In this document: positions 24,801-35,593 of the stretch, piece by piece
Layout of the letters: each line of letters starts with the position of its first letter
Position numbering within the stretch: position 1 is the first letter of the stretch
Source: Pseudogymnoascus verrucosus
Taxonomy: Eukaryota
Length of the DNA: 64,000 bases
Strand: one strand, 5' to 3'
Assembly: GCA_001662655.1 (NCBI GenBank)
Contig: KV460220.1
Translations under genes and position numbers: made by a program
The notes under the pieces: generated by a model
Told to the model about the DNA's origin: nothing
Seen by the model: the letters and a program-made list of their open reading frames with translations, nothing else
The model's database searches: none

Positions 24801-26519
24801 TTGCTAGTACACAGTCATTAGGGAGTAACACGAACCTTTAAACGAATTGCATAACACTACTACTTCCTAGGTCTAAGGAAGTAGGTAGAAACAATTGTGT
24901 TAGGATGTAACATTTGCTAGAAGTTAAAAGTAAATAGACACGCACTATATGGACTTTTAAAGTCCCTACTAACACTAAAACGAGCATGGTCCTTAATAGC
25001 AATTAACTTTATTGTTAAGTTGCTATCATTAAAAGAGCTAATGATAGGATTTGTTATAGACTCTATTATAGTCTCTAACTATAGGCTTACAAAAGAAGCA
25101 CACTTCACGCCGTTTAAAGAAGCGTTAGACGTAAAGGCGTTAGTATATATCTTTCTAAAAGTCATTATCGTAGCGCATAGGCTACTAGACAAGATAATTT
25201 CAGATAGAGATAAGCTCTTTACATCTAAATTCTAGTAGACAGTCATGGCGCAGCTTAGAACAAACTATAAGCTATCTATAGCTTTTCATCTATAAACGGA
25301 TAGACAAACAGAACGAACTAATTAGACGTTAGAGGCGTATCTACAAAGCTACGTTAATGCTAAATAGGACAACTAGGTCTAGTACCTACATTTAGTAGAG
25401 TTTACATATAATTCGTTACCATTAGAGGTAATAAAAGTCTTACCATTCTTTGCTAATAACGGATAGTAACTAGAGGTGTATAAGACGCTAAGACTAGATA
25501 AATTTCGCTCTAAGGAAGGAACGTTAGAAGTATCAAAGATACTTTCCTTCTAGAAACAACTAGTAACGGACATCTAGTTCTTAAATGAACGATCTACTAC
25601 ATATGTAAATAGGAAGTGTAGTATAGAACCTGCCTTTAAGGAGGGGGATAAAGTATACCTACTCTAGAAACACATTAAAACGAAACGACTAAGCACAAAG
25701 TTAGACTTTAAGAAATTAGGACCATTTAAGATATTAGAGAAAGTTAGCTTAGTTAATTACAAGCTGTAGCTACCTAAGAACTCTAAACTCCATCTAGTGT
25801 TTTATGTCTCATTATTAGAACTAGTAAGAGGGGATGCCCTAATTACAATAGATACTGAACTTCAACCTAAAAATGAGATCATTAAATATGAGGTTAAGGC
25901 GATCCTAGACAAAAGGTTAGTAGGATGCTAAGAAGAGTTTTTAATAAAATAGAAAGGTTACGAACCTATAGACAACTCATAGGAGTTAAGGGGAAACCTT
26001 AGCTGCCTAGAGTTGCTAGTAGAGTTCTACCGTTAACACCCTAACAATTAAAGAACCTAGGGAAAAGGGCTAATAGGTAGTTGTACTTAGGGACGGCGCT
26101 CCTAGGGTTAGTTATAGAAGGACTAGCAAGGTGACTATAGGCTTTAGCTTCTTGCTACTTACGTTCTTCTACCTCCTCTAGTTCGTTAAGGGTCTTTAGA
26201 CTATAGCGAAGCATCTTAGCACCTTAGGTCTTAAGGAGATCCTACTACTACTTAAGGCAGTTAAGACAGGCCATAGTAGTTGCTATAGCCTTATAAGTCA
26301 TGTAAGTTTTAAGTTAAAGACGGTCCTCTTCTTTCTATAGCAACTACTAGTTACTAGTAGAGGGACTAGAGACATTATAGTTATAGGAATTTAAACGAAT
26401 ACATTCGTTACATCGTTTTAAGGATGTAGAAGCGAGGTAGTAGAGACCTTGTTTCTTATAGTAGGAACAGGAAGGCATTTTAACCCCTTTGTAGGTTATG
26501 TAGTTAGTAAGTAGTTTAC

Positions 26520-28645
26520 TATAAGAAGGATGCCTCCTTACTTAGGTTAGTTACAGTCGTCACGTGCCGCCCCTAAGACTTAGGGCAGTTATAGTTTAAT
26601 TGCAACTACAAGCCTTAGGTAAATAGGGGGTTAGTTGTGTTAGAGGAGTTCTAGGTATAGAAGGAAACAGGAACGGAGGGTTCCCCCTTTATCTTTTTTA
26701 TATCCTTTATAGTAGACCTATAGGATTGCACTGACTTCTATCTGACTTGCACTCCTATATGCAACTTCTTGTAATATAGTACCCTATGTCCTTACATTAT
26801 ACAAAAAAGATTATGCCTACTAGGGACGGCTGTACTCAAATAATATCCTATAACTAGAACGACTTAGGAGAACTATCGAAACACTACCGACTGCAACTTA
26901 GTGACATTTCGAAGTAGAGACCTAACAACTTCAAATAGCTGTGACCCTAGAGAACTTATAGACAACTAGTAGATTAGGGTTTGATCCTATAGAGCAAGCT
27001 AGTAAAGTTGCTGACGCGTTAGCGCTAAATAGGATACAAGATCCTTAAGAACCCCCTTACGCATAGAGGAATATGTAAACAAGAGTGTTAATGGCTACAA
27101 GCTACCTAGAAATCAAACTCTTCTCTTCTATATCAACTACAACTTAATACACCTCTAAACCATTATGTTGAAGAACTCGACACCTACTACACTTAACAAT
27201 GATGGCTAACTGTCTAGAGCTACAAGACAGACAGTAGCTATTGCCTAAACTGCTCTACCTACTAAGGACATACTAAACTGAATGGTAGTCCTTAAGACCT
27301 AGATGCTAGAGATTAAGGAGCTACTTACAACTCTAGTGGCAAGTTAGACAAGAACCCTACCTACACTAGAGGACACCCCTATACCTACAGAGCGATCTCC
27401 TATACAAAACACCCCTAAGACAGTTTAACTGCCGCCTCTTTAGAACACTCGCTCTCTATTAATTTCAAGGCTGCTGCGAATACCTACTAAAGACCCTCTA
27501 AACTACTACAAGAAATCTATAATCTCTAAGAGGATTACTCCGCTTAGCGATGGGATAGAACACACCTTCCTACAATGGAGCGCGTCGATTTAGGACCGTC
27601 TTATAGTTAATAAGGACTACTACCCTACCGACTTCTCTAGAAGAGCGTTGATTTAGGGAACTACAACTAGCCTTGTAAAAACCTACTTAGAGCCACAATA
27701 CCTATCCGCTACGCATGGGTTCTAGAGTGCAGATGAGATAATGGACCTTCTAGGCTTATACTACCTTACTAGAAACAAGACGGAGCAGGCTTAGAACCTC
27801 TTTAACGACCTATATATAGGAGAGAAGGGACATATAGATAAGACCTTCCCTAAATTTAAAGTACGTTTCTAGGGTGTAGCTATTATAGGACAAGTAGCCT
27901 ACTTAGAATGGTTTTAGTACATGTAGAACAAGTTAACCCCTTAATTCCATAGCTACGTAGCAGTTATCAAAAGTTAATAGAAGGGAGACTACTACACTAT
28001 AGTCTAAGAACTCACTGCCTTCAATTAGGAGCAGCACTAGAACAATGAGCTAGATCCTCCTTGCGTTCCTACTAAATAGACTGCAACTACAGTTACACAG
28101 CCTCTAGATTCTATAGAGGCAGCGACTCTAAATCCCTTCTAAGGAGTATCTGCTACGACTACGAAGCCTTTGTTCTTCCCTAAGCCAACCCTTAAGCGCC
28201 CTCGAGCAACTAGCCTACTTAATGCTACAGTTAGGTACTGTGACCACAACGACCCTAACCTAGAACTAGATAAGCAATAGGAAGTGGCTATTTGATAGAA
28301 CTTCGTGCATTAAGGACAAAGCACCCTCTAAAGGCAGGGGGTAGTGTAAGAAGGATGCCTCCTTACTTAGGTTAGTTACAGTCGTTACGTGCTGCCCCTA
28401 AGACTTAGGGCAGTTATAGTTCAATTGCAACTGCGAGCCTTAGGCACACAGCGTAAGGAAGCCTTAGGTAAATAGGGGGTTAGTTGTGTTAGAGGAGTTC
28501 TAGGTATAGAAGGAAACAGGAACGGAGGGTTCCCCCTTTATCTTTTTTGTATCCTTTGTAGTAGACCTATAGGATTGCACTAACTTCTATCCAACTTACA
28601 CTCCTATATACAACTTCTTATGATACGGTGCCCTATGTCCTTACA
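26520..28645 (+). mobile_element. Element 4: non-autonomous gag-only family B LTR element; TSD TTTAC
   Basis: LTRs at 26520-26796 (24-bp internal deletion) and 28345-28645. TTTAC occurs at 26515-26519 and 28646-28650. The 1.55-kb interior resembles the gag of element 3, then runs directly to the PPT with no pol. Confidence 0.9.
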
Positions 28646-29406
28646 TTTACGTTCTTTAATTTTTAAGTGTTTAGAGGAAGACATAGTCGTGGCCTTACCT
28701 ACCCTATGAATATAGGGGACCTACTACGCTTAAGTAGGCTAGTAGATTCTTAGTTAGCAATGGCCTATAGGACTAGGCCTTAAGGGAGGGGACCTAGTGT
28801 TATAGCTAAAACATGTAACCTATATGCTATAAGATAGAATAATAAGGTAAAATAGCTTGTAGCTAATTAGTAGTAGGAAATGGATGTAGAGATTGTAGGT
28901 AGCTTAGTTAATGAGGGTACCTTTAGGAAAAGGTACCTTTCTTAGAAGGTACCTAGCAAAAGAAAGGTGCCTATTAGGAAAGGCACCTATGTAGAGTAAG
29001 GTGCCTCCTTAGAAGGGCACCTATAGGAATCGGTACCTACAATAAGTATAGCACCTCTTATAGGACGTACACGTGATTAGATTAGTAGGAATAGTAAGAA
29101 TAGTTAGAGAGTCTACTATTCTAACTATTCCCTTTAGCACGATACTACTATATAAGTAGATAGATAGTTCTTAGATAGGAGCTTCGTGCTCAACTTAATA
29201 TAGTATTTGTTATATACTATAACGTGTTTTATAAAAGTCTTTAGTGTCTAATCCCCTACCTCCTCTGTTAAGTAAACTAACGTAACGAAACCTCTATAAG
29301 TCTTATAGTTTAAGACCTAGCGTTACACTATAGCTCTTCCCTTAAATATCTAAAACTACTCTAACTTAGCTAACTCCCTATTTACCTAAGGCTTCCTTAT
29401 ACTATA

Positions 29407-29919
29407 TATTATAGCTAGCATTATAGCTATACTTTTACTAATATACTAGTTATAGTAGTAATAAACATGTTAGTAGTTTAGCTGCCCTTAAGGTAAGGTT
29501 AACATTAGGTAATAGAGTTTTCTTAAGTACTTACTTCTATAGGTACTAGAGAATTCCTAAGTACTTAAGGATTACTAAGTACTAGATAGTGTAGGTACTA
29601 GACTCTTTCTAAGTACCTAACTATTACTAGGTACTAGATAGAGTAGGTACTAGACTATTTATAGGCACCTCCTTATAAGATCCTTATATAATAGAATAGT
29701 AGGAATAGTAAGAATAGTAATAGAGTTTACTATTCTAACTATTCCCTTTAGTATAATACCTTTATATAAGTAGATAGATAGTTCTTAAATAGAAGCTTTA
29801 TGCTTAACTTAATATAGTATTTTATAGAAGCCTTTATATCTAATCCCCTACCTTCTCTATTAAGTAAACTAACGTAATAAAACCTCTATAAGTCTTATAG
29901 TTTAAGACCTAGTGTTATA
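29407..29919 (+). mobile_element. Older solo LTR related to family A, inserted in a reverse-oriented degenerate LTR-B (about 29330-30023); TSD CTATA
   Basis: Its 3' half matches LTR-A. CTATA occurs at 29402-29406 and 29920-29924. The flanks join to give the reverse complement of the LTR-B segment GCCTTAGG...AAGGAAGCCTTAGGTAAATAGG. Confidence 0.75.
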
Positions 29920-30978
29920 CTATATACCTAAGGCTATTAATTATAACTAACCTATAATAGCCCTAAGTTTTAATAGTACTATATAATAGCTATAACTAAC
30001 CTAAGTAAGGAGGTATCCTTATACTATAAGTAAGGAGACATTCTTATATAGGTTATATATATAGAGTATAGAACATTATAAGTTAGTAAGGAGTAGATAG
30101 TTAAAATAGATTAGAAGATAAAATGATAATAACCTTAGGGCTCTATACTATATATAATAGCTAATATAAAGAGATATTATCTAAAGTAAGAGGCCTAATT
30201 TATACTTTATTAGTATTAGCTTAAAATAAATTATAAGTAACTTATAAATACTAACTATAATATAAACTATACTAAAGCTTTCCTAGGCTATCTTTACTAT
30301 CCTTATAATATTTTCTTTTTTTATATACCTATCTATATAAAGGTAAATAGGTAAATTAGTTTAGGAATTATTATTAATACTATTATCCTAATACTCTATA
30401 TAGAACTAACATATGCCTAATTCTTAGAAACGTTTAAATAATGCTAAATAAAGACACTATAAGTAGTAAGGTAGCTAAGAAACTATATAATCCTAAGTAA
30501 ATAACTTATATTAGTAGTTGTTTTTTATAAGAGGGAGTAAGCTTTTACTAGATCTTAAAAGAGTAGCCTTTTATATCTTAGTGTTTTAATAACAAGTATA
30601 TACTTACCTAGCCTACTAGTAATTCTAAGAGAATTCTAACCTAGTAAGCTATAACCTATTAACAATTATCTAGAAATATTATTAAAAGTGTTTATAAGGC
30701 TAAAATGCCTATAAGAAAACCTATAAAAATCTAAATAGTTATTATATGTCTTTAACTAGGTGTATAAGTAGATAAAACAGCTATAGTAGTAAAGAGAACA
30801 TTAAGACTAAGCTAAGCTAAAAAGCTTGTTCTCTTAAATTTCATAGATGTTGTTGTTAAGGTCTAAATGAATAGATAACTCTCTAGTAGATTAAGGCATA
30901 GATCTAAAGGTTAAACTATAAGGTGTGTTCTGTAGTTTCTAGCTAGAGTAAATGAGGATGTATTTATACTGTATATAG

Positions 30979-31448
30979 AAAGCCCCTACGAGGCTAAAAA
31001 TAGCCTCGCAGGAACATCTAAGGAACCACACGCAAAATTGATGGATGTATTAGCGAAGCCATTATCATATTGAAAACAACTTACAAGTATCCCTACTGCT
31101 ATAAATGGCTTCGCAGGGACTTCTCGGTCGCCCGCATAAATTAACTAGGTATAGCGCAAGTCCCCGCGACGCCATTTTGGCTTTGCGGATACTTTGAGGG
31201 ACCAAAACGACAAGAGGTATCAGCGAAACCGTCTCAGTATGAAAAGCTACTTATAAGTATCCGCGCCACTACTTTTGGCTTCGCGAAGACTTTTGGGAAT
31301 CTACACCAAAAATGTGCAAGTACAGCACAAGTCCCCGTGACGTCAAAAATAGCTTCGCGTGGACTTTCAGGGAACGTGCAGCAAAATGGGGACAAGTCCC
31401 AGCGAAGCCATTTTTGTGCCTGTGGATAATTTGGATGGCGCACCCCTG
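30979..31448. repeat. Array of about 6 degenerate palindromic ~38-bp units, ending in a possible TIR (CAGGGGTGCG on the minus strand at 31448)
   Basis: Units start near 30980, 31085, 31158, 31255, 31329 and 31394. Approximate consensus AAGTCCCYGCGAAGCCA-(T/A)4-TGGCTTCGCRGGGACTT. Confidence 0.6.
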
Positions 31449-31816
31449 AGTACCCCGCATACCTGTAGATCCCTGACGACGCCTTGATCTATATTTATGA
31501 GAATAATATGAATACTACACAGCGAGGATAACTAAAGTGTTGGCGAGTGAGTGGCTGATTATAGTAGACTCATATTTTATCACTTGAATATTCAAAGATT
31601 ATACTCGAGAGAGTAGATAATACCGTAGCGTCGAAGTTAAAGATTGGCATTCTCATTGTAAATGAAATAATTAATATTTTTCATCTTATAGTAATTCTGC
31701 GATTGGCCTGAATTATAGACCGCCGCTTGCTGGGAATACTTTGGCTATCAAAGTTGTCAACCTCACAAACGTCTCAACTTTACACAAGAACCCACAAACC
31801 ATACGACAACAAAGCA

Positions 31817-32431
31817 ATGTCCACCCCCAACGACGCAGCTGATGTGTTCAGTCGCCTCACCATGGGTAAGTGAAATTGCCATAGTCTGTGTGGCAACATG
31901 AAATAACAATCTACAGATCAACCCGAGGAGTCGTCGACTGCTGACGCAAACATCCATGTAACGACCGCGAAACCCAGCCAAGTACGCATGCTGACATTTG
32001 ATATAGAATGCGCATGTGCAGAAGATGTTGGCGGATCTGGAATTGCCCCTGTACCCCGATATCGCAATTACCACAGCAAGGGCCTAAGATTCGATTGATA
32101 CTATGCGTGTACACGTCGGTTTTATCACCGTTCCCGAGCAGCCAGGTATGTATGACAAACACATTGATACGAACTCAATCTAACATTTTATAGCAAACAT
32201 CGAGCTTAGGCAGCATACCAAGGCTATATTGATTGAGGTAATGCCCTTCACATACATTCGTATATGGTTCATTTCTGACTCCAAGGATAGATCGAGGGTC
32301 TCTAGTGGTCGATTCGACACCTGAGATTGATACTCGATTGTATGAAGGAGCGCACAGCGACCCTCTCGAACGAGATGTTGCAGGTGCAGGGGGAGCTGGA
32401 CCGCATCGAGCGCGAAGGGGGAAGACAGTGA
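31817..32431 (+). pseudogene. Five-exon orphan gene (about 137 codons, coiled-coil-like) with two premature stops
   Basis: Exons 31817-31865, 31917-31957, 32007-32145, 32194-32237 and 32291-32431. All four introns are 48-53-nt GT-AG with branch-like motifs and keep frame. Stops are TAA 32085-32087 and TAG 32303-32305. Confidence 0.6.
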
Positions 32432-32687
32432 TGATGGCGTGGGGGGCGACTACAATGGGAATGGCTATGTGGCTTACGACTGTCCGTAGAACAATACAGG
32501 TACGATATACGTAATATGTGATTTGCAAATTGTGTATTGATATGGACTTATGGAGTCGTCAATTGGGTGGGACCGGAGGCGACACCTTTGTCAAGACGGC
32601 TTCACACAGAAAAGTTATTCAATCTCACATCATGCACCGCTTGTGGACAGCTCGGGCAGCGAGATTGAATAACTCGGACAAATAAAA

Positions 32688-32855
32688 CTACAAAAACGCC
32701 TCTCTCATCCGCTTGAGCACATCACTCTCCGACTCTGCCAGTCGCTGGGCCTCTAGGGCTGCTGTGCTAATCTTGGCCCATAGAACATCCCGCTTCTCCT
32801 CTTCCTCGGCAAGCTCGTGGTCTTCATTTGCGAGTTTGCTTTTGACAGTAGACAT
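32688..32855 (-). CDS. Possible 55-aa acidic helical peptide or gene remnant
   Basis: MSTVKSKLANEDHELAEEEEKRDVLWAKISTAALEAQRLAESESDVLKRMREAFL has protein-like composition, with no other support. Confidence 0.3.
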   Translation of the reverse strand: MSTVKSKLANEDHELAEEEEKRDVLWAKISTAALEAQRLAESESDVLKRMREAFL

Positions 32856-32985
32856 TCACACATTGCAGGAATAATTTCGCATAATGAAAACATTTTTTTT
32901 TGTCAACGTTCTCTAGCAATATCCCTGGCGCGCAAGCAACCCTCCCCCTACACCCAGCGCAAAACACAACGCAATCTACACAGCC

Positions 32986-33060
32986 GACTTATGGAGTCAC
33001 CCGGTGGAAGGGCTGACAAAAGCCCTTTGTAGGTCCTTCCACCGGGCGACTCCATAAGTC
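32986..33060 (-). repeat. 75-nt hairpin H1, 2 nt after the stop codon of orphan gene A
   Basis: GACTTATGGAGTC...GACTCCATAAGTC, a 26-bp outer stem with one G-U on the minus strand; GGGCT loop on the minus strand. Confidence 0.95.
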
Positions 33061-33062
33061 TA

Positions 33063-34120
33063 TCAGGCGTAATTAGATGCGTCCCATCCTGTCTTCTTGA
33101 CAGTGGTGGTCCCACCAATTGATCTCGTTCGAGAGTGTGTGTCGAAACCGTCGGCTGCCGGAAGTCGTTTCAAGTTCTTGGAAACCTCACCAGCTGGCCC
33201 TCCACCAGGCATAATATAGTAATTATTTCGCACGAACATACGCCCAATCCCGTTCTTATCAATGAAATCCTTGTCGTCTCCTTCCTTCACAGAGATAACA
33301 AATCGGAGGAAGTCATATATGATATGACAGGTCGTAAATCTAAGATATTTACGGAGGTCTATCCGCAATTCCTCTTCCTGCAGGTTGGCGCGTACAGCAT
33401 TATGGAACACAAAGTTGTAAGAGACCGCCTTAAATTGGTCAGAGAACATGAAGTGAATGTGCTCCGGCCGAATGTACTGATTGATAGTACTGATGCGGTG
33501 CAGCTCATCTTCGTGTTGCATCTGCTGAAAAAAATCTCCGGAGTTCATCGCGATGTCAATGACAGAGCAAGACAGGAGGAACCCACGCTCTAACGTCGCA
33601 CGGGTGATTGCGGATGCGTGCTCCTTTAGCTTAGTCTCGTAGAACGCAAACACAGTATCCCTCTTGCCAAACTTAGTAACATGCTTCGGGAAGCAATTGC
33701 GGATTTCACTGGCGGGCATCGAATGGTGCATTAACTCGATCGCTTTCGCAAGCTTGAGGCTGGTCGCTGGCACCGCGATGCTCACGTTCGGCTCCACCGG
33801 GGCTGCCGCTTCTTCTCCATTGCCGAGCCAGTTTCCTGCGATATAGTGGGCCATGGGGATGTAGGTGGGAATATCCAGCTCGTTGTTCTGTTTGATGTTA
33901 GTATGTAGTTTAGTTGGCAATGGAGACATTATCTTACCAGGTTCACTGCGAGGCTTCCGTCAATCTTTGGATCGGACCACACCCCTGCTTTCTTCGATGC
34001 TTGGAGCCTCGTGGCTGTTTTATCGAACAGTTCCTTGGAGGCAAATACGGCATTCTTGTCGAGTTCTGGTTCCTGTCTCGATTCGATCACTTTCAATGGG
34101 GAGTTGGGAGGAGTCGCCAT
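33063..34120 (-). CDS. Orphan protein A, 335 aa; exons 34120-33938 and 33887-33063
   Basis: A 50-nt phase-0 intron, 33937-33888 (GTAAGA...TACTAAC...CAG), joins the 63-aa and 288-aa ORFs. No family recognised. Confidence 0.8.
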
Positions 34121-34429
34121 CTATGTTTGAACTCGTAAGTATAGAACATCTAATAAAAACAATATATATAGCTTACCTTAGACGTGTTTGGGTGATTTGG
34201 GGCAGTGAGGGCTTCTGGAATATTGCGGACAGAGGTTGTTGTGTTGTGGACAATTATTACGAGTAGAAGTTGTAAGCGGGGGTTGTTGTGGGTGGGCTGG
34301 AGGGGGGGTCTAAGCGGGTGAATTTATCACTTAAGTGAATTTGTCTTTGGATAGGGACCAGTGCATACCAATATTCACAGAATAGCACCACCTCTAAAGA
34401 AAAAAAATCCAATCCAATTCATTTACATC

Positions 34430-35410
34430 ATGTACAGTCTTACAAACATTCGAGCGATTACAAACGGGGAGATTTGGGACTTCCCAAACTTCAAATTCGA
34501 ACCATTCAATCCTCTCGACCAGAAGAACGCCCAGAGACTCATATCGCAATACGCCAAAAAGTTGGCCAAGGTAATTTACTTGACAACCCATGATTGCCGA
34601 CAAGAGGAGATCGAAGGATGCCTCCCAATGGAGATTGTCCTGCAGGTGTTCGACGCCAAGACCTGGGAAAGAAACTTGAAGGGGATCCGAGCAGAGCTGC
34701 ACCGGGCCATGCTCACAACTGCACTGGCGGATAAAATTATCCCCAGATGGAAAAATAGGCCAGATTACCCGGTGCAGTCAGGGGCAGCCGAGGGCAAGGA
34801 GGAGGAGAAGGAGAAGGAAGAGAGGATGAGGACCTGGGAGAGGTTTGTGCACGAAGACCCGGATGCAGTAAGATGGTTCGTGGCCCCATTGTGGGAGAGC
34901 GTCGATTTTGACGAAATCTCGTGCGCCGACACTCCCAGGATGGTGACCCTGCACGAATGGATTGCAGCATGCTTGGTTGCGGCGGTTGAGAAGTCCTTCT
35001 CCCTGCAGAGAGGCGCGCGGGACCCAGCCACGGGGAAGATCAAGGGGGGGAACCAGCCCGCCTTTATTATGAACAGGGAATGGGAGGAAATGCCAGACCA
35101 GGAGCCATGGAAGACTCGGCTGGCTGGGATCGCCGTCCCACTGCGCTACAACTTTGGCGGTGGAAACCGTGCGCCCATGAAGCCCATGCCGTCGGTATTC
35201 AATAACTCCGGATTCGCCCAGACACCGCGCAAGACGTCTGGGGGCGGCCAGAGTCTCCCGGGATCCAAAGAGAAGAAAAGGAAGAAGGATAGTCAGAAGG
35301 AGCAGGGCCACAAGAGGAGAGTGAGCAGGTCGGGCGGGGTGATTAGGCAGAACATCATTGTCATGGGAGAGGAGGAGGGGGAGGAGGAGGGGGAGGAGGA
35401 GGAGAAGTAG
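34430..35410 (+). CDS. Orphan protein B, 326 aa, distant paralog of A, with a basic NLS-like patch and acidic tail
   Basis: Intronless ORF, ATG with A at -3. KLAKVIYLTTHDCRQEEIEGCLP aligns with A's KLAKAIELMHHSMPASEIRNCFP. Confidence 0.8.
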   Translation: MYSLTNIRAITNGEIWDFPNFKFEPFNPLDQKNAQRLISQYAKKLAKVIYLTTHDCRQEEIEGCLPMEIVLQVFDAKTWERNLKGIRAELHRAMLTTALADKIIPRWKNRPDYPVQSGAAEGKEEEKEKEERMRTWERFVHEDPDAVRWFVAPLWESVDFDEISCADTPRMVTLHEWIAACLVAAVEKSFSLQRGARDPATGKIKGGNQPAFIMNREWEEMPDQEPWKTRLAGIAVPLRYNFGGGNRAPMKPMPSVFNNSGFAQTPRKTSGGGQSLPGSKEKKRKKDSQKEQGHKRRVSRSGGVIRQNIIVMGEEEGEEEGEEEEK

Positions 35411-35593
35411 GGGAGATCGACAATGTGGCGGCAGAGGAACCGGGAAACGTCCACCGCCGCATCGTCGATCTCGTCCGCGAGTACGATGAGCCGAGGGAGA
35501 GATGGGCCGAGTGTCATAGATAGTTATTCTGAACAATGACAACGTTTTTAACCTGCATCTCATCTACTAATATTACTTATCTCATCGCGATTC

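Larger units (their letters stand above)
5498..29327 (+). mobile_element. Element 1: Ty3/Gypsy chromovirus-type LTR retrotransposon, family A, RIP-inactivated; host of elements 2 and 4
   Basis: 5' LTR 5498-5954 (TG...CA, spans an N gap) and 3' LTR 28798-29327 preceded by the PPT AAGGGAGGGG. Gag zinc knuckle CFNCNKLGHMARDC near 6864. pol is interrupted at 8050 and resumes at 22656. RT YLDD near 23718, then RNase H, integrase and chromodomain to about 26040. Many TAA/TAG codons and strong TpA excess. Confidence 0.85.

Noticed and set aside
6145..25235. Short ORFs listed inside the TE island as separate genes
   Set aside because: They are stop-bounded fragments of RIP-mutated gag/pol or their antisense strands.
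30979..31448. CRISPR array
   Set aside because: Eukaryotic context, highly degenerate units, variable spacer lengths and no cas genes. Kept only as a palindromic repeat array.
33929..33931. TAATG stop-start coupling between the 63-aa and 288-aa ORFs
   Set aside because: The overlap lies inside a canonical 50-nt intron with a TACTAAC branch point, so these are two exons of one gene.
35408..35538. Stop-codon readthrough or A-to-I recoding of gene B's TAG
   Set aside because: The frame stays open for about 42 codons, but that is unremarkable in GC-rich DNA and nothing else supports it.
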